Positions 10,190-20,449 are shown, counted from the stretch's first letter. The stretch: DNA of 64,000 nt from Candidatus Cloacimonadales bacterium (GCA_963663475.2 CAXXJV010000001.1:2400001-2464000), one strand, 5' to 3'. Program-made: numbers and translations. Notes: generated from the sequence alone by a model not told the origin.

Positions 10190-10870
10190 ATGATAATATT
10201 AGCTATTGATAGTTCAAATAGCTCTGGTAGCATTGCTATCATTAAGAAGAATGACCTAGTATTCAGCTCATTCTTCAATATAAAGATTACGCATTCAGAG
10301 ACTTTAATGCCCGAGATTCATCGGGCATTGAGTCTGTGTAACCTACTTACTTCTGATTTAGATGCCATTGCTATTGCCCAAGGACCAGGCTCTTTCACTG
10401 GTTTGAGAATTGGCTTAGCTACTGCTAAAGGCATTGCATTTGCTCATGAGATTCCTCTTATTCCAATCTCTTCTCTGAAAATTGTCGCTATGAATTACTA
10501 CGGGATAAGTAAAGATATTCTAGTTATGCAAGATGCAAAAATGAAAGAAGTCTATATTGCCCTCTATGATTCAAAATTAAATGAAATCATCCCCCCAACC
10601 TGTATTAAACCTTGTGATGTAGCTAATTTAATTAAAAATCCAACTATTGCTGTTGGTTCTGGTATTGATATCTATAAAGATACCTTACAGGATAACCCTT
10701 ATATTGAGATTAATAATATCTTAGAAAAAAACCTAGCAAAGGCAGAATCAATGTTTTCTATAATTCATATTGAAAATATTCATCCTTCTTTTGACTTCGA
10801 TTTTAATTCTAAACTTCAACCTTATTATATTAGAAAATCTCAAGCTGAAGTAAATCGAAATCAAGCTTAA
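10190..10870 (+). CDS. tsaB: tRNA threonylcarbamoyladenosine biosynthesis protein TsaB
   Basis: ILAIDSS, HSE.LMP, GPGSFTGLRIG, P.YIR motifs. Confidence 0.95.
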   Translation: MIILAIDSSNSSGSIAIIKKNDLVFSSFFNIKITHSETLMPEIHRALSLCNLLTSDLDAIAIAQGPGSFTGLRIGLATAKGIAFAHEIPLIPISSLKIVAMNYYGISKDILVMQDAKMKEVYIALYDSKLNEIIPPTCIKPCDVANLIKNPTIAVGSGIDIYKDTLQDNPYIEINNILEKNLAKAESMFSIIHIENIHPSFDFDFNSKLQPYYIRKSQAEVNRNQA

Positions 10871-10913
10871 TCAGATTATTAAAAATCTGACTAATTGAAA
10901 ATCTGGAGAAATT

Positions 10914-11951
10914 ATGTTATTACAAAGATTGTTTAGTAAAATATCAAATGATATAGCCATTGACTTAGGTACTGCAAATACCTTAGTATATAAAAAGAAT
11001 TCTGGTATTGTTATTAATGAGCCTTCTGTTGTATCTCTTGCAACTGACACTAAGAAAGTGCTCGCTATTGGCGCTGATGCTAAAGAAATGCTTGGCAGAA
11101 ATCCTAATGAAGTTACTGTTATTAAACCCCTAAAAGATGGAGTTATAGCAGACTTTCAGGTTACCGAAATTATGCTTAGAAATTTAATACTAAGGGCTCA
11201 GAAAAATAAGTTCCATATAAGACCTAGAGTTATTGTCTGTGTTCCTTCGGGAATTACGGAAGTTGAAAAAAGAGCTGTTAGAGACTCTGCTCTACATGCA
11301 GGATCACGTGAAGTTTATCTTGTATCTGAACCTATTGCTGCTGCTATTGGAGCTGACTTAATGATTCACAAACCCTATGGTAACTTAGTTATGGATATTG
11401 GGGGTGGTACTTCTGAAATAGCTGTTATATCTCTCTCACATATTGTTGTACATAACTCTATCAGAGTTGGTGGAGACTCTATAGATAGAGATATCATTAA
11501 TCATCTAAGAAAAAAGAATAACCTACATGTAGGTATTCAAACTGCCGAAGATATTAAAAAGAAAATTGGATCTTGTGTCCCACTCAAAGAAGAATTATCT
11601 ATGAATGTTGCAGGAAGAGATATTGTCAGCGGATATCCAGTAACTGTTCAAATCAATTCTGAAGAAATCAGAGAGGCAATAAGTGATACTGTCGATATAA
11701 TGATTGATGCTATAAAAAAACTTTTTGAGAAAACTGCACCAGAACTAGCCTCAGATATCGCTGAAAGAGGTGTTTTCTTAACAGGAGGAGGTGCTTTACT
11801 TAGAGGACTTGATACTAAAATTCAAACTACAGTTGACCTACCTGTTCATGTTGTTCCTGACCCCTTAACCTGTGTTGTAAAAGGTTCAGGTAAAATTTTA
11901 GATAACTTAGAAACTTACAGAGAAGTATTGATTAAAAAAATTGAAGACTAA
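10914..11951 (+). CDS. mreB: Rod shape-determining protein MreB
   Basis: IDLGTANT, EPSVV, DIGGGT, LTGGGALL. Confidence 0.97.
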   Translation: MLLQRLFSKISNDIAIDLGTANTLVYKKNSGIVINEPSVVSLATDTKKVLAIGADAKEMLGRNPNEVTVIKPLKDGVIADFQVTEIMLRNLILRAQKNKFHIRPRVIVCVPSGITEVEKRAVRDSALHAGSREVYLVSEPIAAAIGADLMIHKPYGNLVMDIGGGTSEIAVISLSHIVVHNSIRVGGDSIDRDIINHLRKKNNLHVGIQTAEDIKKKIGSCVPLKEELSMNVAGRDIVSGYPVTVQINSEEIREAISDTVDIMIDAIKKLFEKTAPELASDIAERGVFLTGGGALLRGLDTKIQTTVDLPVHVVPDPLTCVVKGSGKILDNLETYREVLIKKIED

Positions 11952-11956
11952 TCATA

Positions 11957-12739
11957 GTGAAAAATTTTTCCTTTATACGATTGATTCTTCTTGCAGTTTC
12001 AATTATTTTTCTTATAGGGAGTGAAGAGAATAAGTTTAAAAAAGCAAACTTCTTCTCTTCTTATATTCTATATCCTTATAGTGAAAGTATTAACTACTTT
12101 CAATCCCTAAAAGAAAAAGAAAAAGAACTTAAAGAAATTACTTACCAACTGTATAAGCAAAAAGTCTATTCAGGGCTTCTCAAAACAGAGTTGATTAAGA
12201 CTAAGTCTAAACTAGGGCTCAAAGATAGATGGTTTTCAGAAGCAGATTCTCTCTTCCTAAGCTTAGATATAATTTCTGCAGAAGTGATATCAAATACTTT
12301 TCCTGTTTATTCAAAAGTTCTCATGCTAAACAAAGGCAAAGACTATAATATTATGGTTAATGATGCCGTAATTTCACAATATGGAATAGTAGGTAAGATT
12401 ATCAGTGTTGGTCCTCAACATTCAATAGTCCTTCCAATTGTTAATTATAATGCTAAATTCTCAATTATGAATAATCGAAATGTTCAGGGAATTCTTAATG
12501 CTGATTATTTAGGTAGTCTTAAAATGAGTTTCATAGAAAAAAATTCAGATATTAATGTTGGTGATACTCTTTATACGTCAAATCTATCTGATATTTTTAC
12601 TAATTACTATGCCCCAGTTGGGAAAGTAGATTCGATTTTTATGGCAGAAAACGAGTTATATTTAGAAGCATATGTTTCTTCATTCACTCAAATTAATAAT
12701 CTCACAAATGTTTTTGTGATTAAAAGGAGTAAAAAATAA
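11957..12739 (+). CDS. mreC: Rod shape-determining protein MreC
   Basis: N-terminal TM, coiled coil, LNKG..GIVGKI..GDTLYTS..PVG; position after mreB. Confidence 0.88.
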   Translation: MKNFSFIRLILLAVSIIFLIGSEENKFKKANFFSSYILYPYSESINYFQSLKEKEKELKEITYQLYKQKVYSGLLKTELIKTKSKLGLKDRWFSEADSLFLSLDIISAEVISNTFPVYSKVLMLNKGKDYNIMVNDAVISQYGIVGKIISVGPQHSIVLPIVNYNAKFSIMNNRNVQGILNADYLGSLKMSFIEKNSDINVGDTLYTSNLSDIFTNYYAPVGKVDSIFMAENELYLEAYVSSFTQINNLTNVFVIKRSKK

Positions 12740-13416
12740 TGAAAGATTTTAAACCTGTTAAGGTTGTTAACAACATTAAATACAGAAGAATTCCAATAAA
12801 GACAAGAATATTATCTCCTAATGACGATATTATAGATTTAATCAAAGAATACGTCCTTCCCCTTTACCAGAAGGGTGATATCGTGGCAATGAGTGAGTCT
12901 CCTGTAGCTATTACGCAAGGACGAGCAATTCCTGTTAGTGAACTAAAAATTGGTTGGCTAGCTAATTTTATGTGGAGATTTGTTGCCAAAGTTCCCTATG
13001 GTGTTGGTTTAAGAGCTCCGGAGAGTATGCAATGTGCTATTGATGAAGTAGGCGGATTAAGAATTATATTAGCTGCTGCTATTGCTGCTATTACAAAACT
13101 TTTTGGTATTAAAGGTATGTTCTATAGAGTTGCTGGTATGCAAGCTGCGCTTATAGATGCAGCGACGACATCACCAGTTCCTCCCTACGATAAATGTGTC
13201 ATCAAAGGTCCCAAAAACCCTCAAAAAGTTACCCAAGAAATCTATGATGCTACAAATATTGATACTGTAATTATGGATATTAATGATATCGGTGGTTCAT
13301 GGGCAATTGGTGCAACAAAAAATGTTGATAAGAAATTAGTTGAACTTATTATGAAAGATAACCCGCAAGGGCAAGGAGATGAACTTACCCCCTTCTGTAT
13401 CATTAGGAAAGAATAA
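12739..13416 (+). CDS. CofE-like (F420-0:gamma-glutamyl ligase family) protein
   Basis: IPIKT..DDI..GDIVAMSESPVAITQGR and IMDINDIG..NPQGQG.E.TP motifs of the CofE family; TAATG overlaps on both sides. Confidence 0.75.
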   Translation: MKDFKPVKVVNNIKYRRIPIKTRILSPNDDIIDLIKEYVLPLYQKGDIVAMSESPVAITQGRAIPVSELKIGWLANFMWRFVAKVPYGVGLRAPESMQCAIDEVGGLRIILAAAIAAITKLFGIKGMFYRVAGMQAALIDAATTSPVPPYDKCVIKGPKNPQKVTQEIYDATNIDTVIMDINDIGGSWAIGATKNVDKKLVELIMKDNPQGQGDELTPFCIIRKE

Positions 13417-13907
13417 TGAAGGCCCTCTCTCTTACTATACTTTCTGTATTAAGTCTATATTACCAAACATTAGTATTAAATGAAGTTTCTTTCGTTTACT
13501 TCATTCCTAACATAATAGTATCCTTATTAATATTTAGTCACTTTTACCTACATATTAATTTTCATACATTTCTTTTCTTTTTAATTGGACTTGCTATGGA
13601 TTGCAACAACCCACCCTTGTTTGGGATATACACTTTTAGCTTTATGACATTATCATATCTAATAACACTTATCAAGAATCATATTGATTTAGATATTTTT
13701 GCCAATAAAATTGCTATGATTTCTCTTTCAAATGCTGCTTTTTATATTTTATTCAGTCTAATGTCAGCTATTGTCTATAAGCAAAGTTACCTAGAGATGG
13801 CAATCACTTTCATTGTTAGTAGTGCCCTAAACACTCTTCTTTCTTTTTTGGTTATTTCCTTGTTAGATTTTCTCAGAATGCTCAAATTTGACCCAACTAA
13901 TGAATAA
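13416..13907 (+). CDS. mreD: Rod shape-determining protein MreD
   Basis: 163-aa polytopic membrane protein with IPN, GLAMD, FG motifs, directly upstream of PBP2. Confidence 0.8.
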   Translation: MKALSLTILSVLSLYYQTLVLNEVSFVYFIPNIIVSLLIFSHFYLHINFHTFLFFLIGLAMDCNNPPLFGIYTFSFMTLSYLITLIKNHIDLDIFANKIAMISLSNAAFYILFSLMSAIVYKQSYLEMAITFIVSSALNTLLSFLVISLLDFLRMLKFDPTNE

Positions 13908-15690
13908 ATTTGCTATATCTCAGATTCTTACCCTATTCTTGATTGTAGGCTTTACTATCCTTACCCTAGCGTTAGCAAAACTACAATTAATTGACGGTGA
14001 GCAATATAGTGAATATGCCCATAATAACTATGTAAAAAAAAGTAGAATTGAAGCAAATCGAGGAGAAATTTATGATAGAAATGGACTCCCTATTGCCCAA
14101 AACTATCCAGCTATTCACTTAGCCATAATTCCTGGCTTTATTACAAATGAAGATTCTTTAAAAGCTTTTCTCTTTAGCAAACTGGATATCAACACTGAAG
14201 ATTATGATTCCTTCATTTATGATACCCGATATAGGAAATATCGTGAAAATATTTTTTATGAAAACCTGAATCAAGACCAAGTTGCTAAAATTGCCGAAGA
14301 TATAAATTATTTTCCAGAAATTAGATTCTCGATTAGTAATACTAGAAGATACCATTTACCCAATCATTTTACAGGTTATATTGGCAGAATAAATCAAGAA
14401 GAATATGAAGTACTAAAAGATAAAGACTACCATTATAATAGCTTTTTAGGAAAAACAGGTATTGAAAAAGAATATGAGAGTATTTTAAAAGGTAGCGATG
14501 GAGTACAATTAAATTTAGTTGATGCTAAGGGAAGAAACTTAAATCTCTTTAATTCCATATCTCAAGATAGAGATAATATCAACATCCAACCCAAAAATGG
14601 TATGGACTTATTCCTCACCATTGATCTAGATCTTCAAAAATACATTGATGATACATTCCCTCCTGACTTAAGAGGGGCTGTAGTGGTGATGAACTATGAG
14701 AGTGGTGAGGTCTTAGCCTATGTCTCTCGCCCTGAGTTTGATCAGAATATATTTATGTCTAGAATACCAACTACTATGTGGGATTCAATCAAGGCTGATA
14801 CGACTAAACCATTTTTAGATAGAGTCAGTAAAGCAGTTTATCCTCCTGGGTCAGTCTTTAAGATTGTTCCTGCAGCCCTAGGTTTAGAGAATAATATTGT
14901 TAGCAAATGGACTAAACTAGCCTATTGTGACGGAGGCATGCAAGTTGGTAATAAATATGTAAAGTGCTGGAATCACTATGGACATGGTAGCCTAAATGTC
15001 ATTGATGCCTTAAAAGTTTCCTGTGATGTTTACTTTTATGATCTTTCTTTTAGATTTGATTTAGACGATTTCTGCTACTTTGTTAAAGATTCAATGTTAA
15101 GTGAAAAAACTGGTATCGATATTCCAGATGAAGCAAAAGGCTTCTTCCCCACTAGTAAATGGTATAAGAATACTTATGGAATTTACACATCTATAACAGG
15201 CCATAAAGTTAATTTATCTATTGGCCAAGGAGAAATGTTTATGACTCCTTTGCAAATATGCGCTCTCTATGCTGGTGTTGCGAATAATGGTATTTGGAAG
15301 AAACCTCATCTCTTAAACAAAGCAGTAAGAGAGGATTCTATTTTAACTTTTAGTGATTTCAACGATAATACACAAGTTACTTTGCCTTACAGTCCTGAAA
15401 CTTTAGCAACAATTGAAGAAGGTCTAAGAAGAGTAATTATCAAAAGTGATGGAACAGCCCACTCTCTTAATAGAAAAGGAAGGCTTATATATGGTAAAAC
15501 TGGTTCTGCTGAGCATAAGATTGGAAGATTAACCCATGCTTGGTTTGCTGGTTATGAAAAAGATACAAAGCTTGCTATAACAGTTTTTGTTCAAGAAGCA
15601 GGTGGCGGAGGAAGTGTAGCAGCTCCTATAGCTGGAAAAGTCTTTGACTATTATTACAATAAAGAGGAAGCTAATAATGTTAAGAATTAA
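13900..15690 (+). CDS. mrdA: Penicillin-binding protein 2
   Basis: RGEIYDRNG, YPPGSVFK (SxxK), SCD, KTG motifs; ATG 13900 preferred over TTG 13888. Confidence 0.93.
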   Translation: MNKFAISQILTLFLIVGFTILTLALAKLQLIDGEQYSEYAHNNYVKKSRIEANRGEIYDRNGLPIAQNYPAIHLAIIPGFITNEDSLKAFLFSKLDINTEDYDSFIYDTRYRKYRENIFYENLNQDQVAKIAEDINYFPEIRFSISNTRRYHLPNHFTGYIGRINQEEYEVLKDKDYHYNSFLGKTGIEKEYESILKGSDGVQLNLVDAKGRNLNLFNSISQDRDNINIQPKNGMDLFLTIDLDLQKYIDDTFPPDLRGAVVVMNYESGEVLAYVSRPEFDQNIFMSRIPTTMWDSIKADTTKPFLDRVSKAVYPPGSVFKIVPAALGLENNIVSKWTKLAYCDGGMQVGNKYVKCWNHYGHGSLNVIDALKVSCDVYFYDLSFRFDLDDFCYFVKDSMLSEKTGIDIPDEAKGFFPTSKWYKNTYGIYTSITGHKVNLSIGQGEMFMTPLQICALYAGVANNGIWKKPHLLNKAVREDSILTFSDFNDNTQVTLPYSPETLATIEEGLRRVIIKSDGTAHSLNRKGRLIYGKTGSAEHKIGRLTHAWFAGYEKDTKLAITVFVQEAGGGGSVAAPIAGKVFDYYYNKEEANNVKN

Positions 15691-16888
15691 AAACTTTGAT
15701 TTCGGACTTTTCTTTGCTTGGTTTTTGTTAGTTTCTATTGGGATAATTACTATCTACACTGCCTCAATTTCAACTTATGGTGATTACACCCAAATTAATA
15801 ATTATTATATGAAACAGCTAGTCTTTTTCCTGATAATCATTCCAATCTTCTACTTAATACAGAAAATTCCTTATTTTGTTATTGATACACTAATAATACC
15901 AGGTTATATTCTTTCAATTATACTATTAGTTATTGTCTTGTTTACTCCTGAAATAAATGGATCGAATAGATGGATACAGCTGGGTTCTTTCCGCCTACAA
16001 CCTTCTGAAATTGCGAAGATAATGACAATCTTAACAATCAGTAAATTTCTAGCTAAGCCTCATCAAGGTGATGCTAAGAAAATTCTGATTGGTTTCTCTT
16101 TTTCTATCATTCCTATATTTTTAATCATGATTGAACCTGATTTTGGAACAACCTTAGTATTTTGGGTTGTCTTATTTGCTATGCTATTAGCTGCAAAAGT
16201 CCCAATCATTTACCTACTTATCTTAGTTTCTCCAATTGTTTCAATATCATTAGTAATATTTTCATTTTACTGGTCTTTATTTTATATATTAGTTATTGCT
16301 TTCTGCTTATTTAAGTTAAGATTCCATTGGGTTATTCAATCTCTTTCTTTGATTGCTAATGTCTTTGGCTCATTGATTTTTTGGCAGATACTCAAACCTT
16401 ATCAGATAAATAGGATTCTGACTTTCATGGATCCTACTAGAGACCCTCTAGGAGCAGGTTATCAAGTAATACAATCTAAGATTGCTATAGGTTCTGGAGG
16501 TATGTGGGGAAAGGGATTTTTACAAGGAACTCAGAAAAACTTAGATTTCTTACCTGAACACCATACCGACTTCATATTTTCGGTTTATGGAGAAGAGTTA
16601 GGCTTTATGTTATCACTTCTTTTACTAGCCTTATTTTTCTTCTTATTAATAAAAATAATAAAATCAATTGACAAAATATACGTTCTTGAGCGTAAGATAG
16701 CAACAGTTGGTATTTTTACTTTCATTTTCTTCCAACTCTTCGTAAATATTGGAATGAATATTGGAATAGTACCTACTACTGGAGTCCCCCTCCCCTTTAT
16801 TAGTTATGGTGGCTCTAATTTGTTAATTAATTCTGTATCAATTGCTTTGGTACAAAAGTTTCTTGTAGAAAAAGGATTTATGAAATGA
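15677..16888 (+). CDS. rodA: Rod shape-determining protein RodA (SEDS family)
   Basis: RW..QPSE, EPDFGT, HTDFIF, PFISYGGS; GAGG RBS before ATG 15677. Confidence 0.93.
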   Translation: MLRIKNFDFGLFFAWFLLVSIGIITIYTASISTYGDYTQINNYYMKQLVFFLIIIPIFYLIQKIPYFVIDTLIIPGYILSIILLVIVLFTPEINGSNRWIQLGSFRLQPSEIAKIMTILTISKFLAKPHQGDAKKILIGFSFSIIPIFLIMIEPDFGTTLVFWVVLFAMLLAAKVPIIYLLILVSPIVSISLVIFSFYWSLFYILVIAFCLFKLRFHWVIQSLSLIANVFGSLIFWQILKPYQINRILTFMDPTRDPLGAGYQVIQSKIAIGSGGMWGKGFLQGTQKNLDFLPEHHTDFIFSVYGEELGFMLSLLLLALFFFLLIKIIKSIDKIYVLERKIATVGIFTFIFFQLFVNIGMNIGIVPTTGVPLPFISYGGSNLLINSVSIALVQKFLVEKGFMK

Positions 16889-17466
16889 TTAAAAAAATTC
16901 TATTACTGATATTATTGGGATTCATTATGACATCCTGTGCTCGTTTTGCCAAACTTAGAGAAGAGAATTTCTCAAAACATTTATCAAGCAATCTCATTGA
17001 AAATAGTTCTTTTGAAATTTATCAAGACCCATTAGACGCTGACTATCCTGGCTGGATTATTGATAAATTATCTGTTAACAAAGTAGCTATTGATTCTACT
17101 AGAAGCTTCACAGGTAAGAACTGCCTTAAGATCTCTCAAGCGACTAGTGAGATGCAATTAGTAACAAAACCTTTTAGCACCCATTATAGAAATGTCTATG
17201 GAATTAAGTTCTCTGCAAAATCAGTCTTGAGAAAAATCCCTATAGCTATTCACTTTCTTACCTTTTCTGAAAATGGTAAAATTGTATCAAAATATTACAG
17301 AAATGTTACTATTGATACTAACTGGCAAACCTATAGTTTAACTTCTGATTATTTAAAAGTGAATTCAGAGTTTGGTAGAGTGTTTATCACTATTCCTGAA
17401 AATAACTCAGTTCTCTTAATTGATGATGTTACATGTCATATTATTGATTCATACCAGAAAAAATGA
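16885..17466 (+). CDS. Lipoprotein with probable carbohydrate-binding (CBM4/9-like jelly-roll) domain
   Basis: Lipobox-like MTSC; NLIENSSFE..W..G..W..IDDV pattern; overlaps rodA stop. Confidence 0.6.
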   Translation: MIKKILLLILLGFIMTSCARFAKLREENFSKHLSSNLIENSSFEIYQDPLDADYPGWIIDKLSVNKVAIDSTRSFTGKNCLKISQATSEMQLVTKPFSTHYRNVYGIKFSAKSVLRKIPIAIHFLTFSENGKIVSKYYRNVTIDTNWQTYSLTSDYLKVNSEFGRVFITIPENNSVLLIDDVTCHIIDSYQKK

Positions 17467-17519
17467 TGTAACCTGCATTTACTCCTACGTTATACAATAA
17501 AAAAAGATGGAGAAGAAAA

Positions 17520-18962
17520 ATGACAAAATCTTTTAAATATTCAATCGCCTTATTGTTAATGTTGCTTGTATCTACTAGTCTGTTAGCTAAAGCAAAGAGT
17601 CCTTTTGTTGATATAATCAAAGAAAGTAGAGATGCAGTTGTTCAGATAAAAGTAGAAGGAACTATTGCTAATCAGTATAGATCTCCTTTCCAAAATGATG
17701 ATTTTTTTAAATTCTTTTTCCCTCAACAACCACGTGTTAGACCTTATGTATCCTTAGGTAGTGGTTTTATTTTCGATTATGATAAAAATGAAAACATTGC
17801 TTATATACTTACTAACAATCATGTTGTAGAATTAGGTGAAAAAGGAACGATTACTGTTACCTTGGCTGATAAAAATAGTGCTGAGGCTGAAATCGTAGGC
17901 TTAGATCCAGCAACTGATCTAGGAGTAATTAAAATTCAAGTTCCAGAAAATGAGAAGATTACAGTCCTACCTTTTGGTGATTCTTCAGCTTTAGAAATTG
18001 GAGAATGGGCTATTGCAATAGGTAATCCCTTTGGTGATTCAGGACTTGATAGGACTGTAACTGTTGGCGTTATATCAGCCTTAGGTCGTGCAGGTTTGAA
18101 TTTTGGTAATAACTCTCCTGTTTTCCAAGATTACGTGCAGACTGATGCTGCTATTAATCCTGGCAATAGTGGTGGTCCTCTCCTAGATATTGAAGGAAAA
18201 GTAGTTGGAATTAATGCAGCTATTACGAGTACTTCTGGTGGAAATGTTGGTATCGGATTTGCAATACCTTCAAATTTAGCTCAAAAAGTGGCATCTGATA
18301 TTCGTGAATATGGCTATGTTAAAAGAGCTTATCTAGGAATCTTGCCACAGGAAATAAACGAAGATTTAAAAATAAACTTTGATTTAGAAGAATTAGCTGG
18401 TGTTTTAGTAGCTAATGTTGTAGAAGATACTCCTGCAGAAGAGGCTGGTTTGCAAAAAGGTGATATAATCAAAGCTCTTAATGGTACAAAAATACATAAT
18501 ATCCATAAATTCAGAACTGAAATTGCCCACAGCCCAATAAATTCACCTGTAGATATCTCAATTATAAGAGATAAAAAGCACAAGACCCTTCATGCTGTTT
18601 TAACAGAGCATCCAGATTTTAAAGGAGAAGGAGATTATAACTCAAATAAGAAGCAAGAGTCTGTTGGTATAGTAGTAACTGACAGAGATAGTGATTTTGC
18701 TCAAAAATTTACCAATGATTCAGATAAAGGTGTTGTTATTAAGTCTATCATTCCTTCCTCCCATGCAAGCACCACCAATCTACAAGTTGGCGATGTAATT
18801 TTAGAGGTAAATAATGTTCAAGTAGATTCAGTTGAAGAGTTTGAAGATGAAATTAAGAAATCTCTTGATACAGATGATGAGATTAAAAGAATCCTTCTTT
18901 TAGTGGCATCCAAGAACAGGAATAATATTATTTCCTATGTTGCCATAAATATCATGGAATAG
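17520..18962 (+). CDS. htrA: DegP/HtrA family serine protease with two PDZ domains
   Basis: LGSGF, TNNHVV, DLGV, QTDAAINPGNSGGPL. Confidence 0.95.
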   Translation: MTKSFKYSIALLLMLLVSTSLLAKAKSPFVDIIKESRDAVVQIKVEGTIANQYRSPFQNDDFFKFFFPQQPRVRPYVSLGSGFIFDYDKNENIAYILTNNHVVELGEKGTITVTLADKNSAEAEIVGLDPATDLGVIKIQVPENEKITVLPFGDSSALEIGEWAIAIGNPFGDSGLDRTVTVGVISALGRAGLNFGNNSPVFQDYVQTDAAINPGNSGGPLLDIEGKVVGINAAITSTSGGNVGIGFAIPSNLAQKVASDIREYGYVKRAYLGILPQEINEDLKINFDLEELAGVLVANVVEDTPAEEAGLQKGDIIKALNGTKIHNIHKFRTEIAHSPINSPVDISIIRDKKHKTLHAVLTEHPDFKGEGDYNSNKKQESVGIVVTDRDSDFAQKFTNDSDKGVVIKSIIPSSHASTTNLQVGDVILEVNNVQVDSVEEFEDEIKKSLDTDDEIKRILLLVASKNRNNIISYVAINIME

Positions 18963-18994
18963 GCTTGAAAGCTTTAAACTAAAGATTAATTTAT

Positions 18995-19020
18995 AAAAGA
19001 GCATGGTCACATGCTCTTTT
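18995..19020. terminator. Probable bidirectional intrinsic terminator after htrA
   Basis: AAAAGAGCATG-gtca-CATGCTCTTTT. Confidence 0.75.
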
Positions 19021-19097
19021 CTTATTAAAGTATTTGCATCTAAGTGCAATTAGATTATTATTTAGAAAAATTAAATATTAAAAAAAGGTGGAGACAG

Positions 19098-20024
19098 ATG
19101 AAATCTTATGACGTTATTATTGTTGGAGGTGGCCCAGCTGGACTTAGTGCTGCTATTTATGCTGCTAGAGGTAATCTTTCCACAGCAGTTTTTGAAAAGT
19201 CATTAATTGGTGGTCAAATCAATGTTACTTATGAAGTAGAGAACTATCCAGGTATTCCTGAAGTTTTAAGTGGTTTTGAGTTATCAGACAGAATTAAACA
19301 ACAAGCTGATAAGTTTGGACCAGAATTCATTGATGAAGAAATTATCAAGATTGATTTTGAAAGTAAAGATGGATATAAAAAGGTCTATACAGAGGATGGC
19401 GAATATTTAGCAAAGACTATAATTATTGCCAGCGGAGCTCAACCTCGTTACCTTGATTGTCCTGGTGAAAAAGAATATACTGGCAAAGGTGTTTCCTATT
19501 GTGCTACTTGTGATGGTGCTTTATATAGAGATAAGGTTGTAGCTGTTATAGGTGGTGGTGATTCAGCCGTTGAAGAAGGTATGTTCCTTACTAAATTTGC
19601 CAAAAAGGTCTATGTTATCCATCGTAGAGATGAATTAAGAGCTGTTAAATCTATTCAAGAAAGAGCTTTCAAAAATGATAAGATGGAATTTATATGGGAT
19701 TCAGTTGTAGAAGAAGTCCAAGGTGAAAATTTCGTAACTAATTTAATTTTAAAGAATAGGAAAACAGGAGAAAAGAGTGATCTTCCAGTAGATGGAATAT
19801 TCATTTACGTAGGAATTTTACCTAACAATGAACTATTAAAAGAAGATATAAAGTTAGATCAATCAGGATTTGTTATCACTAATGAAATTATGGAAACTAA
19901 TGTTAAAGGTGTTTATGCTGTTGGTGATTTAAGACAGACTCCCCTCAGACAGGTTATTACTGCTTGTAGTGATGGGGCTATTGCAGCCTTTTATGCTGAA
20001 AAATTTATTAGTGAAATGGAATAA
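19098..20024 (+). CDS. trxB: Thioredoxin-disulfide reductase
   Basis: GGGPAG, CATCDG, GGGDSA, HRRD; GGAG RBS before ATG 19098. Confidence 0.97.
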   Translation: MKSYDVIIVGGGPAGLSAAIYAARGNLSTAVFEKSLIGGQINVTYEVENYPGIPEVLSGFELSDRIKQQADKFGPEFIDEEIIKIDFESKDGYKKVYTEDGEYLAKTIIIASGAQPRYLDCPGEKEYTGKGVSYCATCDGALYRDKVVAVIGGGDSAVEEGMFLTKFAKKVYVIHRRDELRAVKSIQERAFKNDKMEFIWDSVVEEVQGENFVTNLILKNRKTGEKSDLPVDGIFIYVGILPNNELLKEDIKLDQSGFVITNEIMETNVKGVYAVGDLRQTPLRQVITACSDGAIAAFYAEKFISEME

Positions 20025-20051
20025 GTAATAGCACTAACCAACAAATATTCT

Positions 20052-20090
20052 AAGCTGTCTAATATTTTAGTGAATAGACAGCTTTTTTTT
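20052..20090 (+). terminator. Intrinsic terminator after trxB
   Basis: AAGCTGTCTA...TAGACAGCTT running into a T tract. Confidence 0.75.
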
Positions 20091-20267
20091 AGACATTTTT
20101 TTGGGCTAATTTTATAAGAAGTTACATGCAGGTATAGGGAATAAACAGCAATTTATCCCAATAGTCTCTTATACTTTTATAGACTTCTAGAGAATTTCCT
20201 ATTATCCCAGATAGTGTAGTAGGATTTAGGGAAAGTACTATTTGGAAAACCATCTTCTTTCTCATTC

Positions 20268-20346
20268 CATCCTTATTCCTTCCTTTACACTCTTTCGATG
20301 AAACCTGGACTTTCATCGAAAGAGTGTAAAGGAAGGAATAAGGATG
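20268..20346. repeat. Long palindrome family, copy 2 (perfect 36-bp arms, 7-nt loop CCTGGAC)
   Basis: CATCCTTATTCCTTCCTTTACACTCTTTCGATGAAA and its exact reverse complement. Confidence 0.95.
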
Positions 20347-20449
20347 CTACAAGTAAATTCACAAAGGTCTACTGCATTATTTGGGATTATATACTTAATA
20401 GTCTAATATTTTGCTTGACTATTGATTAACTTGCAAGAGAAATTGAAAA

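Noticed and set aside
20122-20316. 64-aa minus-strand ORF
   Set aside because: Starts inside the palindrome, has no RBS and no recognisable motif
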